64,000 nucleotides of DNA from Macrostomum hystrix. Taxonomy: Eukaryota; Animalia; Platyhelminthes. This document shows, piece by piece, positions 24,170 through 38,280 of this stretch; the first letter of the stretch is position 1; the number at the start of each line of letters is the position of its first letter. Position numbers and translations under genes: made by a program. Where the stretch lies: assembly GCA_950097015.1 (NCBI GenBank), contig CATNEN010000001.1:10912001-10976000 (forward strand). The letters are read 5' to 3'. The notes under the pieces were generated by a model. The model had not been told where the DNA came from. It was given only the letters and a program-made list of their open reading frames with translations, and ran no database searches.

Positions 24170-24930
24170 CCACCTGAAACAAACCCGAATTAGCCTTTAA
24201 ACCTCGAAACCAACCCGATTTCTGCATTTAAACCCCGAAACGAACCCGAAATAAGCATTTAAAATCCGAAACTAACCCGAATTCCGCATTTAAACCCCGA
24301 AAGGAACCCGAATTAAGCATTTAAACCCCGAAAGGAACCCGAATTAAGCATTTAAACCCCGAAAGGAACCCGAATTAAGCATTTAAACCCCGAAAGGAAC
24401 CCGAACTAAGCATTTAAACCCCGAAAGGAACCCGAACTAAGCATTTAAACCCCGAAAGGAACCCGAATTAAGCATTTAAACCCCGAAAGGAACCCGAATT
24501 AAGCATTTAAACCCCGAAAGGAACCCGAATTAAGCATTTAAACCCCGAAAGGAACCCGAATTAAGCATTTAAACCCCGAAAGGAACCCGAATTAAGCATT
24601 TAAACCCCGAAAGGAACCCGAATTAAGCATTTAAACCCCGAAAGGAACCCGAACTAAGCATTTAAACCCCGAAAGGAACCCGAACTAAGCATTTAAACCC
24701 CGAAAGGAACCCGAATTAAGCATTTAAACCCCGAAAGGAACCCGAACTAAGCATTTAAACCCCGAAAGGAACCCGAACTAAGCATTTAAACCCCGAAAGG
24801 AACCCGAACTAAGCATTTAAACCCCGAAAGGAACCCGAATTACGAGTTTCATTCCGAAGCAGACCCGAATTATGCGATTCTTACCCCGAGACTAGCCCGA
24901 AATAATTGTTTTCACCCCGAAACTAAGCGT
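24170..24930. repeat. 31-bp minisatellite TAAGCATTTAAACCCCGAAAGGAACCCGAAY
   Basis: Homogeneous core 24285-24840 with degenerate flanks. Confidence 0.93.
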
Positions 24931-25167
24931 AGAAACCTATAAACTAAACTCTAGAACACATACTAGACGTTGTGTTGTGTAACCCGAAAATAATGCAGAT
25001 TCTGACATTTTGGCTCAACATAAAAAATGAGGAAATTAATAACAAATACTTGAGGGATCTTTACATTTTTATTGTTATCTTGTTTAGTATGTACGTTTCT
25101 CATTTCCTAACTTAAAAGTGCATTAGAAATGCATAAATTAAGACCAGTTATCTATCAAAGATATTAC

Positions 25168-25265
25168 CTTTGACAGGCGAGACGATGTACAATTCTCGGC
25201 TGTGGACGAAGCGGCAGCATTTATTTGTTGCAGCCACTCAGCGGCGGCGCCCACATCGGCCAGGT
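25168..25265 (-). CDS. Upstream internal exon of the RNF38-like gene
   Basis: tttttaacag acceptor and AAG|gtaata donor. Open frame LADVGAAAEWLQQINAAASSTAENCTSSRLSK joins in phase 0 to 19850. Confidence 0.6.
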
Positions 25266-26989
25266 CTGTTAAAAATGTATATAACGTTGCTAATTTATCT
25301 CGTTTATAAAAATATGAAAAAACACTATAGGTAGGTTTTCAAAAATATATTTTTACCTATGACGCCATTGCTTGGTGTCTGTATGTAAAACGCACTTGGT
25401 ATCATATTGAAGTAAAGAAATATTCTTGGGTGTCCAGATGGAGTAGGAGGGAAAAGGATCCTAGGAACTCTGCCACAGTGAGGAAACTTTTCTATCTCGA
25501 TTTGCAATTAAATTTAAATTTCGATTGCAAGAAAAGATCTGATTTTCAAAGAAAACACTGAGAAACTCGAAGAGCTGTTAAAGTATTTTAGTCGCTACAA
25601 GCCTTAGCTTAAGCCTGTATAATATAGTATATATATGAGAGTTGCAGCCAGCGCAAGACCAAACAGAGCGGAGAGCCGGATACCTTATAGGGACGCCCTA
25701 TAGCCACCCACCCCAGACTCCACCCACCCGCCCGCCCCCAGTGTGTTTGGGTCGGGGTCGCGGAGGTGGGGGTGTCGCGCGGCATGCGCGGTCCGCTATG
25801 TGCGTGCGTGTGGAGGGGGTACAGGAAGGAAATCGGAGAATTCAATGGAATGGAGGTGGTTGGGGAGTTAGGAATGTACAGTTTGTGGACTGGGGGGTGG
25901 GTTTCTAATGTACAGTCATATGGAACGCGCTCGGGTTGGGGCGGAGTGGCGTGTGTGAGCTTGACCCAAAAAGCTGGTCTGCAAGGGGGGCGGCTTTGTC
26001 CTAAAAATGCCCCGCTTTCCTCCCTCCCGCAGCGGACCGGAGAGGGGGAAGCCCCAAGCCCCGAAGCAAAATCGACTGACTGCCTGACTGAATGAACGAC
26101 TGAATGACTGAATGACTTGGATGAATGCAACCAAGCAGAACCATTGCAGTGTTCAGGGTTACCTTTTTATAAAAAGAGTTCCATCTCGCACTATCTGTTA
26201 CTTTGATATTTGCAATGAAATTCTTTTTTATAGCAGGCCTTTTTGGAAATTGGAAAGACGGTGGAGAGTAGAATGAGGCGAAGGTCTACGAACCCCATAA
26301 TGCTTAAGGCAGCCTAAAAAGGGCTAACAATCAGTCTAGATTGTTCCAGAATTCAAACAACAACTAAGCAAGAAGAATGGGCAAAGAAAGCATGCCAAAT
26401 ATGAAGTCTATTTAGGTCTTGTGGAGGTCCGTTCACTCCCCGTAAATGGTTTTCGCATGCACATAGCACAGTGAGAAAATAGGAGAGATTTAGAGGCGAC
26501 GGGTAGAGGGGAGACTTACAGGGTCAGGCAGGGCTGTTTGGAACAGGCCAAACATACAGTTTCAGGCCCATGGTGTTACTACTCTCTTATGTATATTTGA
26601 CTGGATGTGCACAGACTGTATTAACTTAATATTATATAGTCATAAATAAACATTATTTGACTTTTAAACATATTAGTAAACATAATGGAATATATACGAG
26701 TATTAAGTATGATTCGTTTAATCAATAAATTCTGACAATTGCTGACTATCAAGGACACAGGGCAATAGCATAGGACATAAGCGACAAAAAGTACGTCTGT
26801 TGAAATACAGGAATACGTAAAATATTAGCTGTAACTTCAAGGATAGTCACAAAGTAAAATGATATGCAATCAGGTCACAATGTAAACCTGTATAGTTTAT
26901 TTGGTCGCTAATTGTAGGCAATAAATGTTCCTTCTGCAGGGTAATAAAAAGACTTAATTTCCAGCTTTTAATATCTTAGTGATATAACA

Positions 26990-28205
26990 GAGTAGTGACA
27001 TTACAGAGAAGTGACATTACAGAGAAGTGACATTACAGAGAAGTGACATTACAGAGAAGTGACATTACAGAGAAGTGTCGTTACAGAGAAGTGTCGTTAC
27101 AGAGTGGGAGTGTCATTACAGAGAAGTGACATTACAGAGAAGTGTCGTTACAGAGAAGTGACATTACAGAGAAGTGTCGTTACAGAGAAGTGTCGTTACA
27201 GAGAATTGTCATTACAGAGAAGTGACATTACAGAGAAGTGTCATTGTAGAGAAGTGTCGTTACAGAGTGGGAGTGTCATTACAGAGAAGTGTCATTACAG
27301 AGAAGTGTCGTTACAGAGAAGTGACATTACAGAGAAGTGTCGTTACAGAGAAGTGTCATTACAGAGAAGTGTCGTTACAGAGAAGTGTCATTACAGAGAA
27401 GTGTCGTTACAGAGAAGTGTCGTTACAGAGAAGTGTCATTACAGAGAAGTGACATTACAGAGAAGTGACATTACAGAGAAGTGTCATTACAGAGAAGTGT
27501 CGTTACAGAGGGGAGTGTCATTACAGAGAAGTGACATTACAGAGAAGTGACATTACAGAGAAGTGTCATTACAGAGAAGTGACATTACAGAGAAGTGTCG
27601 TTACAGAGTGGGAGTGACATTACAGAGAAGTGACATTACAGAGAAGTGACATTACAGAGAAGTGACATTACAGAGAAGTGACATTACAGAGAAGTGACAT
27701 TACAGAGAAGTGACATTACAGAGAAGTGACATTACAGAGAAGTGACATTACAGAGAAGTGACATTACAGAGAAGTGACATTACAGAGAAGTGACATTACA
27801 GAGAAGTGACATTACAGAGAAGTGACATTACAGAGAAGTGACATTACAGAGAAGTGACATTACAGAGAAGTGTCGTTACAGAGTGGGAGTGACATTACAG
27901 AGAAGTGACATTACAGAGAAGTGACATTACAGAGAAGTGACATTACAGAGAAGTGACATTACAGAGAAGTGACATTACAGAGAAGTGACATTACAGAGAA
28001 GTGACATTACAGAGAAGTGACATTACAGAGAAGTGACATTACAGAGAAGTGACATTACAGATAAGTGACATTACAGAGAAGTGTCGTTACAGAGAAGTGT
28101 CGTTACAGAGAAGTGTCATTAAAGAGAATTGAAATTACAGAGTGGGAGTGACATTACAGAGAAGTGACATTGCAGAGAAGTCACATTACAGAGTAATCAC
28201 ATTGC
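26990..28205. repeat. 17-bp minisatellite AGTGACATTACAGAGAA
   Basis: About 70 tandem copies. Confidence 0.96.
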
Positions 28206-28559
28206 ATATGTTTAAATATTAGTAAACATCAGTACCAACTTTTGAGCAGTATTTTGAGCAGACAGACATTACTCATATGAGGATCTTGTTTTCGTGAATC
28301 GAGAACATAAAGTTTTCCTTGTATAATAAGCATATGTTGAGACATATTTTATCAGGGTTTAATCATGCCATTCGTAGCATTGGAGCATTATCTGACGCAG
28401 TTGGATAAAAATACATATGGAAATTAAGTCGAGAAGACAATAAAGCTTTGGAATTGCGTGCCTACGTGACATTAGATATGCGAGCAGAAATTAAAGGAAA
28501 TATGCTGCGTTAACTTTAGTTGTGACTTTTCCGGAGGAAACAATGCCTATTAGAGCAAT

Positions 28560-29681
28560 GTGAGGACTGTGGAGTGACAGTGAGGACTGTGGAGAGTGAC
28601 AGTGAGGACTGTGGAGTGACAGTGAGGACTGTGGAGTGACAGTGAGGACTGTGGAGTGACAGTGAGGACTGTGGAGTGACAGTGAGGACTGAGGAGTGAC
28701 AGTGAGGACTGTGGAGTGACAGTGAGGACTGTGGAGTGACAGTGAGGACTGTGGAGTGACAGTGAGGACTGTGGAGTGACAGTGAGGACTGAGGAGTGAC
28801 AGTGAGGACTGAGGAGTGACAGTGAGGACTGTGGAGAGTGACAGTGAGGACTGAGGAGTGACAGTGAGGACTGAGGAGTGACAGTGAGGACTGAGGAGTG
28901 ACAGTGAGGACTGAGGAGTGACAGTGAGGACTGTGGAGAGTGACAGTGAGGACTGTGGAGTGACAGTGAGGACTGTGGAGAGTGACAGTGAGGACTGAGG
29001 AGTGACAGTGAGGACTGTGGAGTGACAGTGAGGACTGTGGAGTGACAGTGAGGACTGTGGAGTGACAGTGAGGACTGTGGAGTGACAGTGAGGACTGAGG
29101 AGTGACAGTGAGGACTGTGGAGTGACAGTGTGGACTGTGGAGTGACAGTGAGGACTGAGGAGTGACAGTGAGGACTGAGGAGTGACAGTGAGGACTGAGG
29201 AGTGACAGTGAGGACTGAGGAGTGACAGTGAGGACTGAGGAGTGACAGTGAGGACTGAGGAGTGACAGTGAGGACTGTGGAGAGTGACAGTGAGGACTGT
29301 GGAGTGACAGTGAGGACTGTGGAGAGTGACAGTGAGGACTGAGGAGTGACAGTGAGGACTGTGGAGTGACAGTGAGGACAGTGGAGTGACAGTGAGGACT
29401 GTGGAGTGACAGTGAGGACTGTGGAGTGACAGTGAGGACTGTGGAGTGACAGTGAGGACTGAGGAGTGACAGTGAGGACTGAGGAGTGACAGTGAGGACT
29501 GAGGAGTGACAGTGAGGACTGAGGAGTGACAGTGAGGACTGTGGAGAGTGACAGTGAGGACTGTGGAGTGACAGTGAGGACTGTGGAGTGACAGTGAGGA
29601 CTGAGGAGTGACAGTGAGGACTGAGGAGTGACAGTGAGGACTGAGGAGTGACAGTGAGGACTGTGGAGTGACAGTGAGGAT
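28560..29681. repeat. 20-bp minisatellite GTGAGGACTGWGGAGTGACA
   Basis: About 55 tandem copies, some with a +2 nt variant. Confidence 0.96.
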
Positions 29682-30227
29682 ACACTTTTCATACACTTTT
29701 ATGAACAAAGTTCTTAATTTGCTAAAATGATATTATAGCTCCTAGATTTGTGGATATGTGAATGGGTATTGATTAGTGAATGGTCAATAAGCCCAGGTCA
29801 AATTGATTTGAAATAAAATTTACAACAAGTTAATCTCTAAGCTATGTTTATGACCCAAGACACTGACACACAATCCGAGTTAAGAAATCCAATAACTTCT
29901 CTGTCCTTAATCTGTGTTTACCTAAGAGGAGATCATAGAAGATTGTCTTTCGATTTTCTGTGCCTGGAAGTATGTTTACCAATGTTCTATACAATAAAAA
30001 ACATGGCTATTTGAGAATAGAAATAAATTGGCCGTTTTTTAGTTTAGCTCAGGGCATGAGCAATTGCAGTGAGTTAAGGTGTAGTATAAGGATAGTAAGT
30101 AAAAAATATAGTTGTACACGACAACTGGGAAAACTCACTCAGTTTAGGTATAAAAAAGCACTCAGTTTTTGAACAATTTTTAGAGATAATTTTACGGGCC
30201 TCAAGACAGACCAATTCTGTACAGGGC

Positions 30228-31872
30228 AAACGCATTCTGTGCACGATAAACACATTGTATTCAGGATAAACACATTCTGTTCACGATAAACACATTCTGT
30301 TCACGATAAACACATTCTTTTCACGATAAACGCATTTTGTTCAAGATAAACACATTCTGTTCATGATAAACGCATTCTGTTCACGATAAACACATTCTGT
30401 TCATGATAAACGCATTCTGTTCACGATAAACACATTCTGTTCATGATAAACGCATTCTGTTCACGATAAACACATTTTTGTTCACGATAAACACATTCTG
30501 TTCAGGATAAACACATTTCTGTTCACGATAAACACATTCTGTTCAGGATAAACACATTCTGTTCATGATAAACACATTCTGTTCATGATAAACACATTCT
30601 GTTCAGGATGAACACATTCTGGTCAGGATAAACACATTCTGTTCAGAATAAACACATTCTATTCAGGATAAACACATTCTGTTCATGATAAACACATTCT
30701 GTTCATGATAAACACATTCTGTTCAGGATGAACACATTCTGGTCAGGATAAACACATTCTGTTCAGAATAAACACATTCTGTTCAGGATAAACGCATTCT
30801 GTTAAAAAAGTTCAGTTGGTTGTTGTTCAGGATAAACACATTCTGTTCACAATAAACACATTCTGTTAAAAATGTTCAGTTGGTTGTTGTTCAGTATAAA
30901 CACATTCTGTTCACAATAAACACATTCTGTTAAAAATGTTCAGTTGGTTGTTGTTCAGGATAAACACATTCTGTTCACAATAAACACATTCTGTTAAAAA
31001 TGTTCAGTTGGTTGTTTTTCAGGATAAACACATTCTGTTCACAATAAACACATTCTGTTCACAATAAACACATTCTGTTCACAATAAACACATTCTGTTC
31101 ACAATAAACACATTCTGTTCACAATAAACACATTCTGTTCACAATAAACACATTCTGTTCACAATAAACACATTCTGTTCACAATAAACACATTCTGTTC
31201 ACAATAAACACATTCTGTTCCCAATAAACACATTCTGTTCCCAATAAACACATTCTGTTCACAATAAACACATTCTGTTCACAATAAACACATTCTGTTC
31301 CCAATAAACACATTCTGTTCACAATAAACACATTCTGTTCACAATAAACACATTCTGTTCACAATGAACACATTCTGTTCACAATAAACACATTCTGTTC
31401 ACAATAAACATATTCTGTTCACAATAAACACATTCTGTTCACAATAAACACATTCTGTTAAAAATGTTCAGTTGGTTGTTTTTCAGGATAAACACATTCG
31501 GTTCACAATAAACACATTCTGTTCACAATAAACACATTCTGTTCACAATAAACACATTCTGTTCACAATAAACACATTCTGTTCACAATAAACACATTCT
31601 GTTCACAATAAACATATTCTGTTCACAATAAACACATTCTGTTCACAATAAACACATTGTGTTAAAAATGTTCAGTTGGTTGTTGTTCAGGATAAACACA
31701 TTCTGTTCACAATAAACACATTCTGTTAAAAATGTTCAGTTGGTTGTTGTTCAGGATAAACACATTCTGTTCACAATAAACACATTCTGTTCACGATAAA
31801 CGCATTCTGTTCAGGATGAAAACATTCTGTTTACAATAAACACATTCTATTTAAAATGTTCAGTTGGTTGTT
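30228..31872. repeat. 20-bp minisatellite ATAAACACATTCTGTTCACA with recurring AAAAATGTTCAGTTGGTTGTT insert
   Basis: Tandem copies with a higher-order ~63-bp block. Confidence 0.94.
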
Positions 31873-32769
31873 GTTTAGGAGTTTAAAACATGCCCAATAA
31901 AAAGCGAATACCATTTATTATTTTAGACAAATAGGATGCCAAAAAATATTTGCCTTTTTAATCGGATATTAGATTCACTTGGCAGCGGAAGCAACGTGCG
32001 ATCTGGCAAAGGGAACTACCTGGAAGAGCAACACACTACTCACCCAAGAGAAACTCAAAGACGCCTAGATCTATATGCTTTGCAGATTGCAGCAACACAG
32101 AGAGAGGTGAGAAAACTAGGAAGCAGCGCATAGTAACCGGAAGAACCGAAAACACAAGCGTGGGGCTAAGTGATTAGCGACACACCTCTAGAGGCTTAAA
32201 AACTGAGAGTTAGCGAGTCCCGCATGTAGATGAAGAAATACGCACTATATAATACTAGCGATTGCTTCCTCCCTCTCATTCATTCATTCATTTTCATCAG
32301 CTGCCGTCCGCGGCACTATAGACTCTTTGGGGGAAGAACCCTCGGGTCGATGAATCACGCAACAATCTCGCGTGAGACTATAGCCCGTAAGTATAGGGGG
32401 TGGTGGGGGCTAGAATGTATCGAGAGCTTACACACAGAACAGTGGGCGGGCAGGCTCGAGGTCAATGGACACGGGAGTAAAAGAAGAAAGAAGACTTACT
32501 GCTACAGAAAAAATTGGGAGAGAGTCGCATACGGTTAGTTAGCAGAGCTTAGGAGGGAAGACCCGGGCTATAGGCTATGAACGCAAGCTGGCTACACACT
32601 GAACATTGTGTAGACCTCCAGAGCAGGGGGGTGTGTGGGAAATTCTGAATCAACCATCCCACTATTCCTTCATATACACGTAGAATGTAGTAAACTATTT
32701 AGTATATTAGTTCTAAAAATTAATGCGTCTAGGAAACTAACATTCTGTCTGATTTAACGTCCTGATTAA

Positions 32770-33157
32770 TAGGTAAACGGCCTGTCTAACAGGTAAACGG
32801 CCTGTCTAACAGGTAAACGGCCTGTCTAACAGGTAAACGGCCTGTCTAACAGGTAAACGGCCTGTCTAACAGGTAAACGGCCTGTCTAACGGGTAAACGG
32901 CCTGTCTAACAGGTAAACGGCCCGTCTAACAGGTAAACAGCCTGTCTAACAGGTAAACGGCCCGTCTAACAGGTAAACGGCCTGTCTAACAGGTTAACGG
33001 CCTGTCTAACAGGTAAACGGCCTGTCTAACAGGTAAACGGCCTGTCTAACAGGTAAACGGCCTGTCTAACAGGTAAACGGCCTGTCTAACAGGTAAACGG
33101 CCTGTCTAACAGGTAAACGGCCTGTCTAACAGGTAAACAGCCTGTCTAACAGGTAAA
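32770..33157. repeat. 20-bp minisatellite CCTGTCTAACAGGTAAACGG
   Basis: About 19 copies. Confidence 0.95.
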
Positions 33158-33205
33158 TGTTCTGAATAATTGATTGGTAAAAGTCCCTGACTAACATATT
33201 AACAT

Positions 33206-33567
33206 CGGGGGTGAGTGGCACAGCGGTTAACGTGTTTGCCTCTCGCGCCAAGTTCCCTGAACTCGTTCCGTGGCGAGGCCAATTTTATTTAGGGCGCAGC
33301 CGCTGAGAGAAGGCTTGGGGGCTTGTCGTGCAATTTCCGCCCTTGAGGGCCAACCTCCAAGGCACAGTGAAAATGTACACTGCCTGTTGATGAAAAATTT
33401 AGGGCAGATGTACACACCTGTGTGAGCGTGTGCCTGCGTACAGTATCTGTGTGCGTGTGTGCTCAGGAGTCAGCGAAATGGGCAGAATGGCCTTCTCGCT
33501 GGCTGCGGGTCTAGTGTCACCCAAATGATGTGCCAATGCCTGCAGCCCTCCTGCAATAATTATTAAA
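33206..33567 (+). mobile_element. tRNA-derived SINE, family 1, copy 1
   Basis: A-box TGGCACAGCGG, degenerate B-box, 3' stem-loop, AAT tail. 8-bp TSD ATTAACAT (33198-33205, 33568-33575). Homologous to 35223-35586. Confidence 0.8.
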
Positions 33568-34096
33568 ATTAACATTTATAGGCCGTAACATATATAGGTC
33601 CCGTCCAAAAGTTAGACGTCCTGTATAACTGGTAAACATTCTAAATAAGAGGTTAACGTCTTATTGATACTGTGTCTTATTTCCTGTCTAATAGGAAAAT
33701 GACTTGTCTAACAAGTTAATGTGCTTTGGCTTCTTTACTGTGATACAAGACAATGTTGTTTTCTGGTAGCTAACGAAACGGCACTGAGCAAAGAATCACA
33801 GGTGCAGGCATAGGTACTAATTTATCTGGTTCCAGATTGCCCAAAAGCAGACAATTTCAGGGTGGATCTTGCACACCTGGCTGAATACAAAAGGAGGCCA
33901 ATTTTTGTTGGGCCGGGGCCCAGTGCAAATTTGACATAAAAATCAAGACAGTTGAATGAAATTGCCGTCCTTTGAAGCCTAAACTGTTTGTCGAATTGAA
34001 CGCCACCTGGTGTTAATATTTGATAGAATGACCACGTCATTTCTGTTTTAGAGTCGCTAACACATTATATATCAATCAGAATTTAGGGAGCTCAGG

Positions 34097-35222
34097 ACAC
34101 AGCGTTCATCTGTTAGACACAGCGTTCATCTGTTAGACACAGCGTTCATCTGTTAGACACAGCGTTCATCTGTTAGACACAGCGTTCATCTGTTAGACAC
34201 AGCGTTCATCTGTTAGACACAGCGTTCATCTGTTAGACACAGCGTTCATCTGTTAGACACAGCGTTCATCTGTTAGACACAGCATTCATCTGTTAGGCAC
34301 AGCATTCATCTGTTAGACACTGCGTTCATCTGATAGACACAGCATTCATCTGTTAGACACAGCGTTCATCTGTTAGACACAGCATTCATCTGTTAGACAC
34401 AGCATTCATCTGTTAGACACAGCATTCATCTGTTAGACACAGCATTCATCTGTTAGACACAGCATTCATCTGTTAGACACAGCATTCATCTGTTAGACAC
34501 AGCGTTTATCTGTTAGACACAGCGTTCATCTGTTAGACACAGCATTCATCTGTTAGACACAGCGTTCATCTGTTAGACACAGCATTAATCTGTTAGACAC
34601 AGCATTCATCTGTTAGACACAGCATTCATCTGTTAGACACAGCATTCATCTGTTAGACACAGCGTTCATCTGTTAGACACAGCATTCATCTGTTAGACAC
34701 AGCATTCATCTGTTAGACACAGCATTCATCTGTTAGACACAGCATTCATCTGTTAGACACAGCGTTTATCTGTTAGACACAGCGTTTATCTGTTAGACAC
34801 AGCGTTTATCTGTTAGACACAGCGTTCATCTGTTAGACACAGCATTCATCTGTTAGACACAGCGTTTATCTGTTAGACACAGCGTTCATCTGTTAGGCAC
34901 AGTATCAATTTGTTAGATACAACATTCATCTGTTAGACACTACATCAATCTGTTGGACACTGCATCAATCTGTTAGACACTGCATCAATCTGTTAGACAC
35001 TGCATCAATCTGTTAGACACTGCATCAATCTGTTAGACACAGCATCAATCTGTTAGACACAGCATCAATCTGTTAGACACTACATCAATCTGTTAGACAC
35101 AGCATCAATCTGTTAGACACTACATCAATCTGTTAGACACTGCATCAATCTGTTAGACACTGCATCAATCTGTTAAACACTGCATCAATCTGTTAGATAC
35201 AGCATCAATCTGTTAGACACAG
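34097..35222. repeat. 20-bp minisatellite TCTGTTAGACACAGCRTTCA
   Basis: About 56 copies; continues briefly after the SINE (35587-35625). Confidence 0.96.
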
Positions 35223-35586
35223 TAATAATAATAATAATTGCAGGAGGGCTGCGGGCAGTAGCACATCACTTAGTGACGCTAGACCCGCAGCCAGCGAGGA
35301 GGCAATTCTGCCCATTTCGCTGACTCCTGAGCACACACGCACACAGATACTGTACGCAGGCATACGCTCACACAGGTGTGTACATCTGCCCTGACTTTCT
35401 CATCAACAGGCAGTGTACATTTCACTGTGCCTTGGAGGTTGGCCATCATGGGCGTAAATTGCACGACAAGGCCCCAGCCTTCTCTCCGCTGCTGCGCCCC
35501 AAATAAATGTGGCCTCGCCGTGGAATCGAACTTAGGGTCCGTGGTGCGAGAGGCAAACGCGATAACCGCTCTGCCACCGACCCCCC
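35223..35586 (-). mobile_element. tRNA-derived SINE, family 1, copy 2
   Basis: Minus strand reads GGGGGTCGGTGGCAGAGCGGTTATC...AAGTTCGATTCC (A and B boxes) with a (TTA)n tail; inverted homologue of copy 1. Confidence 0.82.
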
Positions 35587-38280
35587 TGTTAGACACTGCA
35601 TCAGTCTGTTAGACACAGCATCCATCAAGACAGGACCTAACATATCGAACAGAAGAGGACTCACAGCAATGCTAGGATGCGTTCTAAATTATTAGAAATT
35701 GTAAGACTCCCGATGAAAACGTTACCGTGACAAGAGTCGCATTTGAATCGTTTTATGTGATTCAAATGCGCGTCAAGTGATTCAAATGCGCGTCTAGTGA
35801 CTCAGAAACGATTCTAGTGATTCTAAAACGATTCAAGGGTGGGTGAGTGAGTCGCACAACATTTTCGGATGGCTAGAATCGTTTCTGAAGCGTATCTGAT
35901 GCGTTTCAAGTTTTTCACACAGTTTCTGCAACGTGTTAGAACGAATTCAAGTATTCTTCCTGCTGCACAGTATTTATGTCGGATTCCTACCCGACACTTG
36001 ACATTTCATTTAAATCTGCTATTGTAATTAATAAGCTCTAACTCAATTTCACCTCAGTTACAAACTATTTATCCATGCTAATTTAGACAGGCCCAACCCC
36101 AGCCGAAGTGACTTATTAAAAATACAGACTACAAAATGCTATGCATCTTCATTATCTATCCTCAACTAACCTAACTTTGAAATAGTTGTCTCAACGACAA
36201 TTTTGTCTCAAAGAACCACCCCCATTTGTATTTCAGAGCCACCAAACAGCATGAAGAGGCGACCATGTTGCGATGGAGCATATTGGACCTGGGAAACTGT
36301 GTGCAATGTTTCCTTACTTCTACAGAATTCCACTGTATGCTCGTAACTATGATCAAATGTGGCGAATTGACGACTTAGTCTGACGGGCGGACTTTGAACT
36401 TGACTCGTGACGCTGACTCTATTTTTGTGCTTGTTCTTTTTACAATGAGCTCTCAGTTGTAGGCAAAGTAAAGTATTTTTAGTGTCATAGTGCCACGTTT
36501 TTTATGACTAGCGTTCATGCCGCAGTTCGGACGCCGTGGGGCAATTGAAACTGCTGCGACTTTAAAATTACAGTGCGAGAATATCTGCACCCATTTAACT
36601 TCTTATTAATAAATAAGTTTCCAGAATATCAATTTAAGCCTATTTGACACCAAATTTTTGCCTAGTTTGGATGACTTTAAGCACGCGCGTACTGTTATAA
36701 AAAATCCACCTTGTTAATTTATTTTACAAATTTGCTGCAAGCACGACTGGTTGTAAGTGGGTGTCACAACGAGACGTGTCAAGAAAAGGATGTCTGTTCA
36801 ATGTCAGATTAAATGATAACTAAATTTACATGAAATTGTGCCGTTTCATGCTTATCTCTAAATGTCTGTTGAATCTAACAGCACTAGTTGTCCTATGAGA
36901 AAAAGCAACGCAATCGTACAACACTATCCTTCCGTTCAGGGGCCGGTACAAAGTGGGCTTTATTTGCGCGAAATATTTCTGCTTTTATTTAGAGAAGCAG
37001 AGTTAGCAATTTCAGACTTGCTCTAAGTATTCTTCGCCGAGACAACAATGAAATGCAAGCGAAGCAGGTAAGTAAAATCCGGACTGCATGCATTTAAAAA
37101 AATATTTTTTTAAATAACCGGCTAGATAGAATTACATTGCTACGGGCTGTATGAATAAATAATATATTTAACTGCTTCAGAGTCTAGCTTATTCATAATT
37201 AAATCGCGTTTATAAAATTTATCGATTTGAATATACTTGTGCTTTCGTGCGGTTTTTGGAGATCGTAAAATCCAAAATTGCAATTAAGTGCAATGTTCTT
37301 TTAGCGGTGGCACTCTTAACTGTGTAGTGATTACTACTCTTTCTTTAAAGCATTAATTATGACAAAAATTACAGAGACTTGGTTAGTGTTCTAGTTAAAA
37401 GACTATTTTTGGTTTGAACTATTTTTGGTTGTACTACTGTACTGAATTGTAATGTAAACTTACTTTATCAGGTGAACTGGAATTCAGCATACAACTTATA
37501 AATAGGCCTATGAAATTCATTTTATATTTCACCTTTTAGAAGAAAGGGTGCTTTATGATAACTGATCTAATATTGATACTATACTGATAATTCTGATAAT
37601 GATAATGGTACTGATACTGAATGGTGGTGCATGACAATAATATTACTCTATTTGTTCTGCAAAACTCATTTTGCCATAGAGGGTGAAGAAAGTAAATGAA
37701 AAAAAGTAATTAAAATCGTATAAAAAACTGTACAACTGAGTTCACAAAAATATGCTGAAACTCATTTCAACATTGCAACATTTCAAGTGTATAAAATTCT
37801 GCAGCATTACTGCACTGTATATTGCAATGTAAACTGGCTTCATTTGTTAAGTGAAATTGAATTCTGCATACAATTAATATGAATAAATAGGCTGATGAAA
37901 GTGTTTATTATAAAGTTCACCTTTAGCAGACAGGGTACTGATGCTAACATTGAATGGCTAATGCATAATAATAATATTATTATTGTATTGCGTTCTGACT
38001 AGCTCATATTTAGCATATGGTGGGTAAAAATGATAGAGTAAATTCAAAACTCAAATTAATTAAAATCACATTAAATTTTACGATGGAGTTCACATAATAA
38101 AATGTTGAAACTTATCAGATCATTACAGCAGTTACCAACTTAAATGTAGAAATGATATCCGATGTCCTAAATCCTATGACACTATTCTGCACTATACACC
38201 AGCTTTCGTTTTTTACGTCACACTTTATTTTACTTCTTTAATTAAAGAAGTAGAAAGTCTTGCCAAGTTCTATAATAATC

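Noticed and set aside
24285-24840. CC-GAAA-GG GNRA mini-hairpin or hammerhead ribozyme in the 31-bp unit
   Set aside because: The stem is only 2 bp and there is no CUGANGA core; by eye, no hammerhead core was found in any array or SINE.
22433-29708. 350-405-aa ORFs over the CT-rich and 20-bp arrays
   Set aside because: All three frames are open, which marks a repeat artefact.
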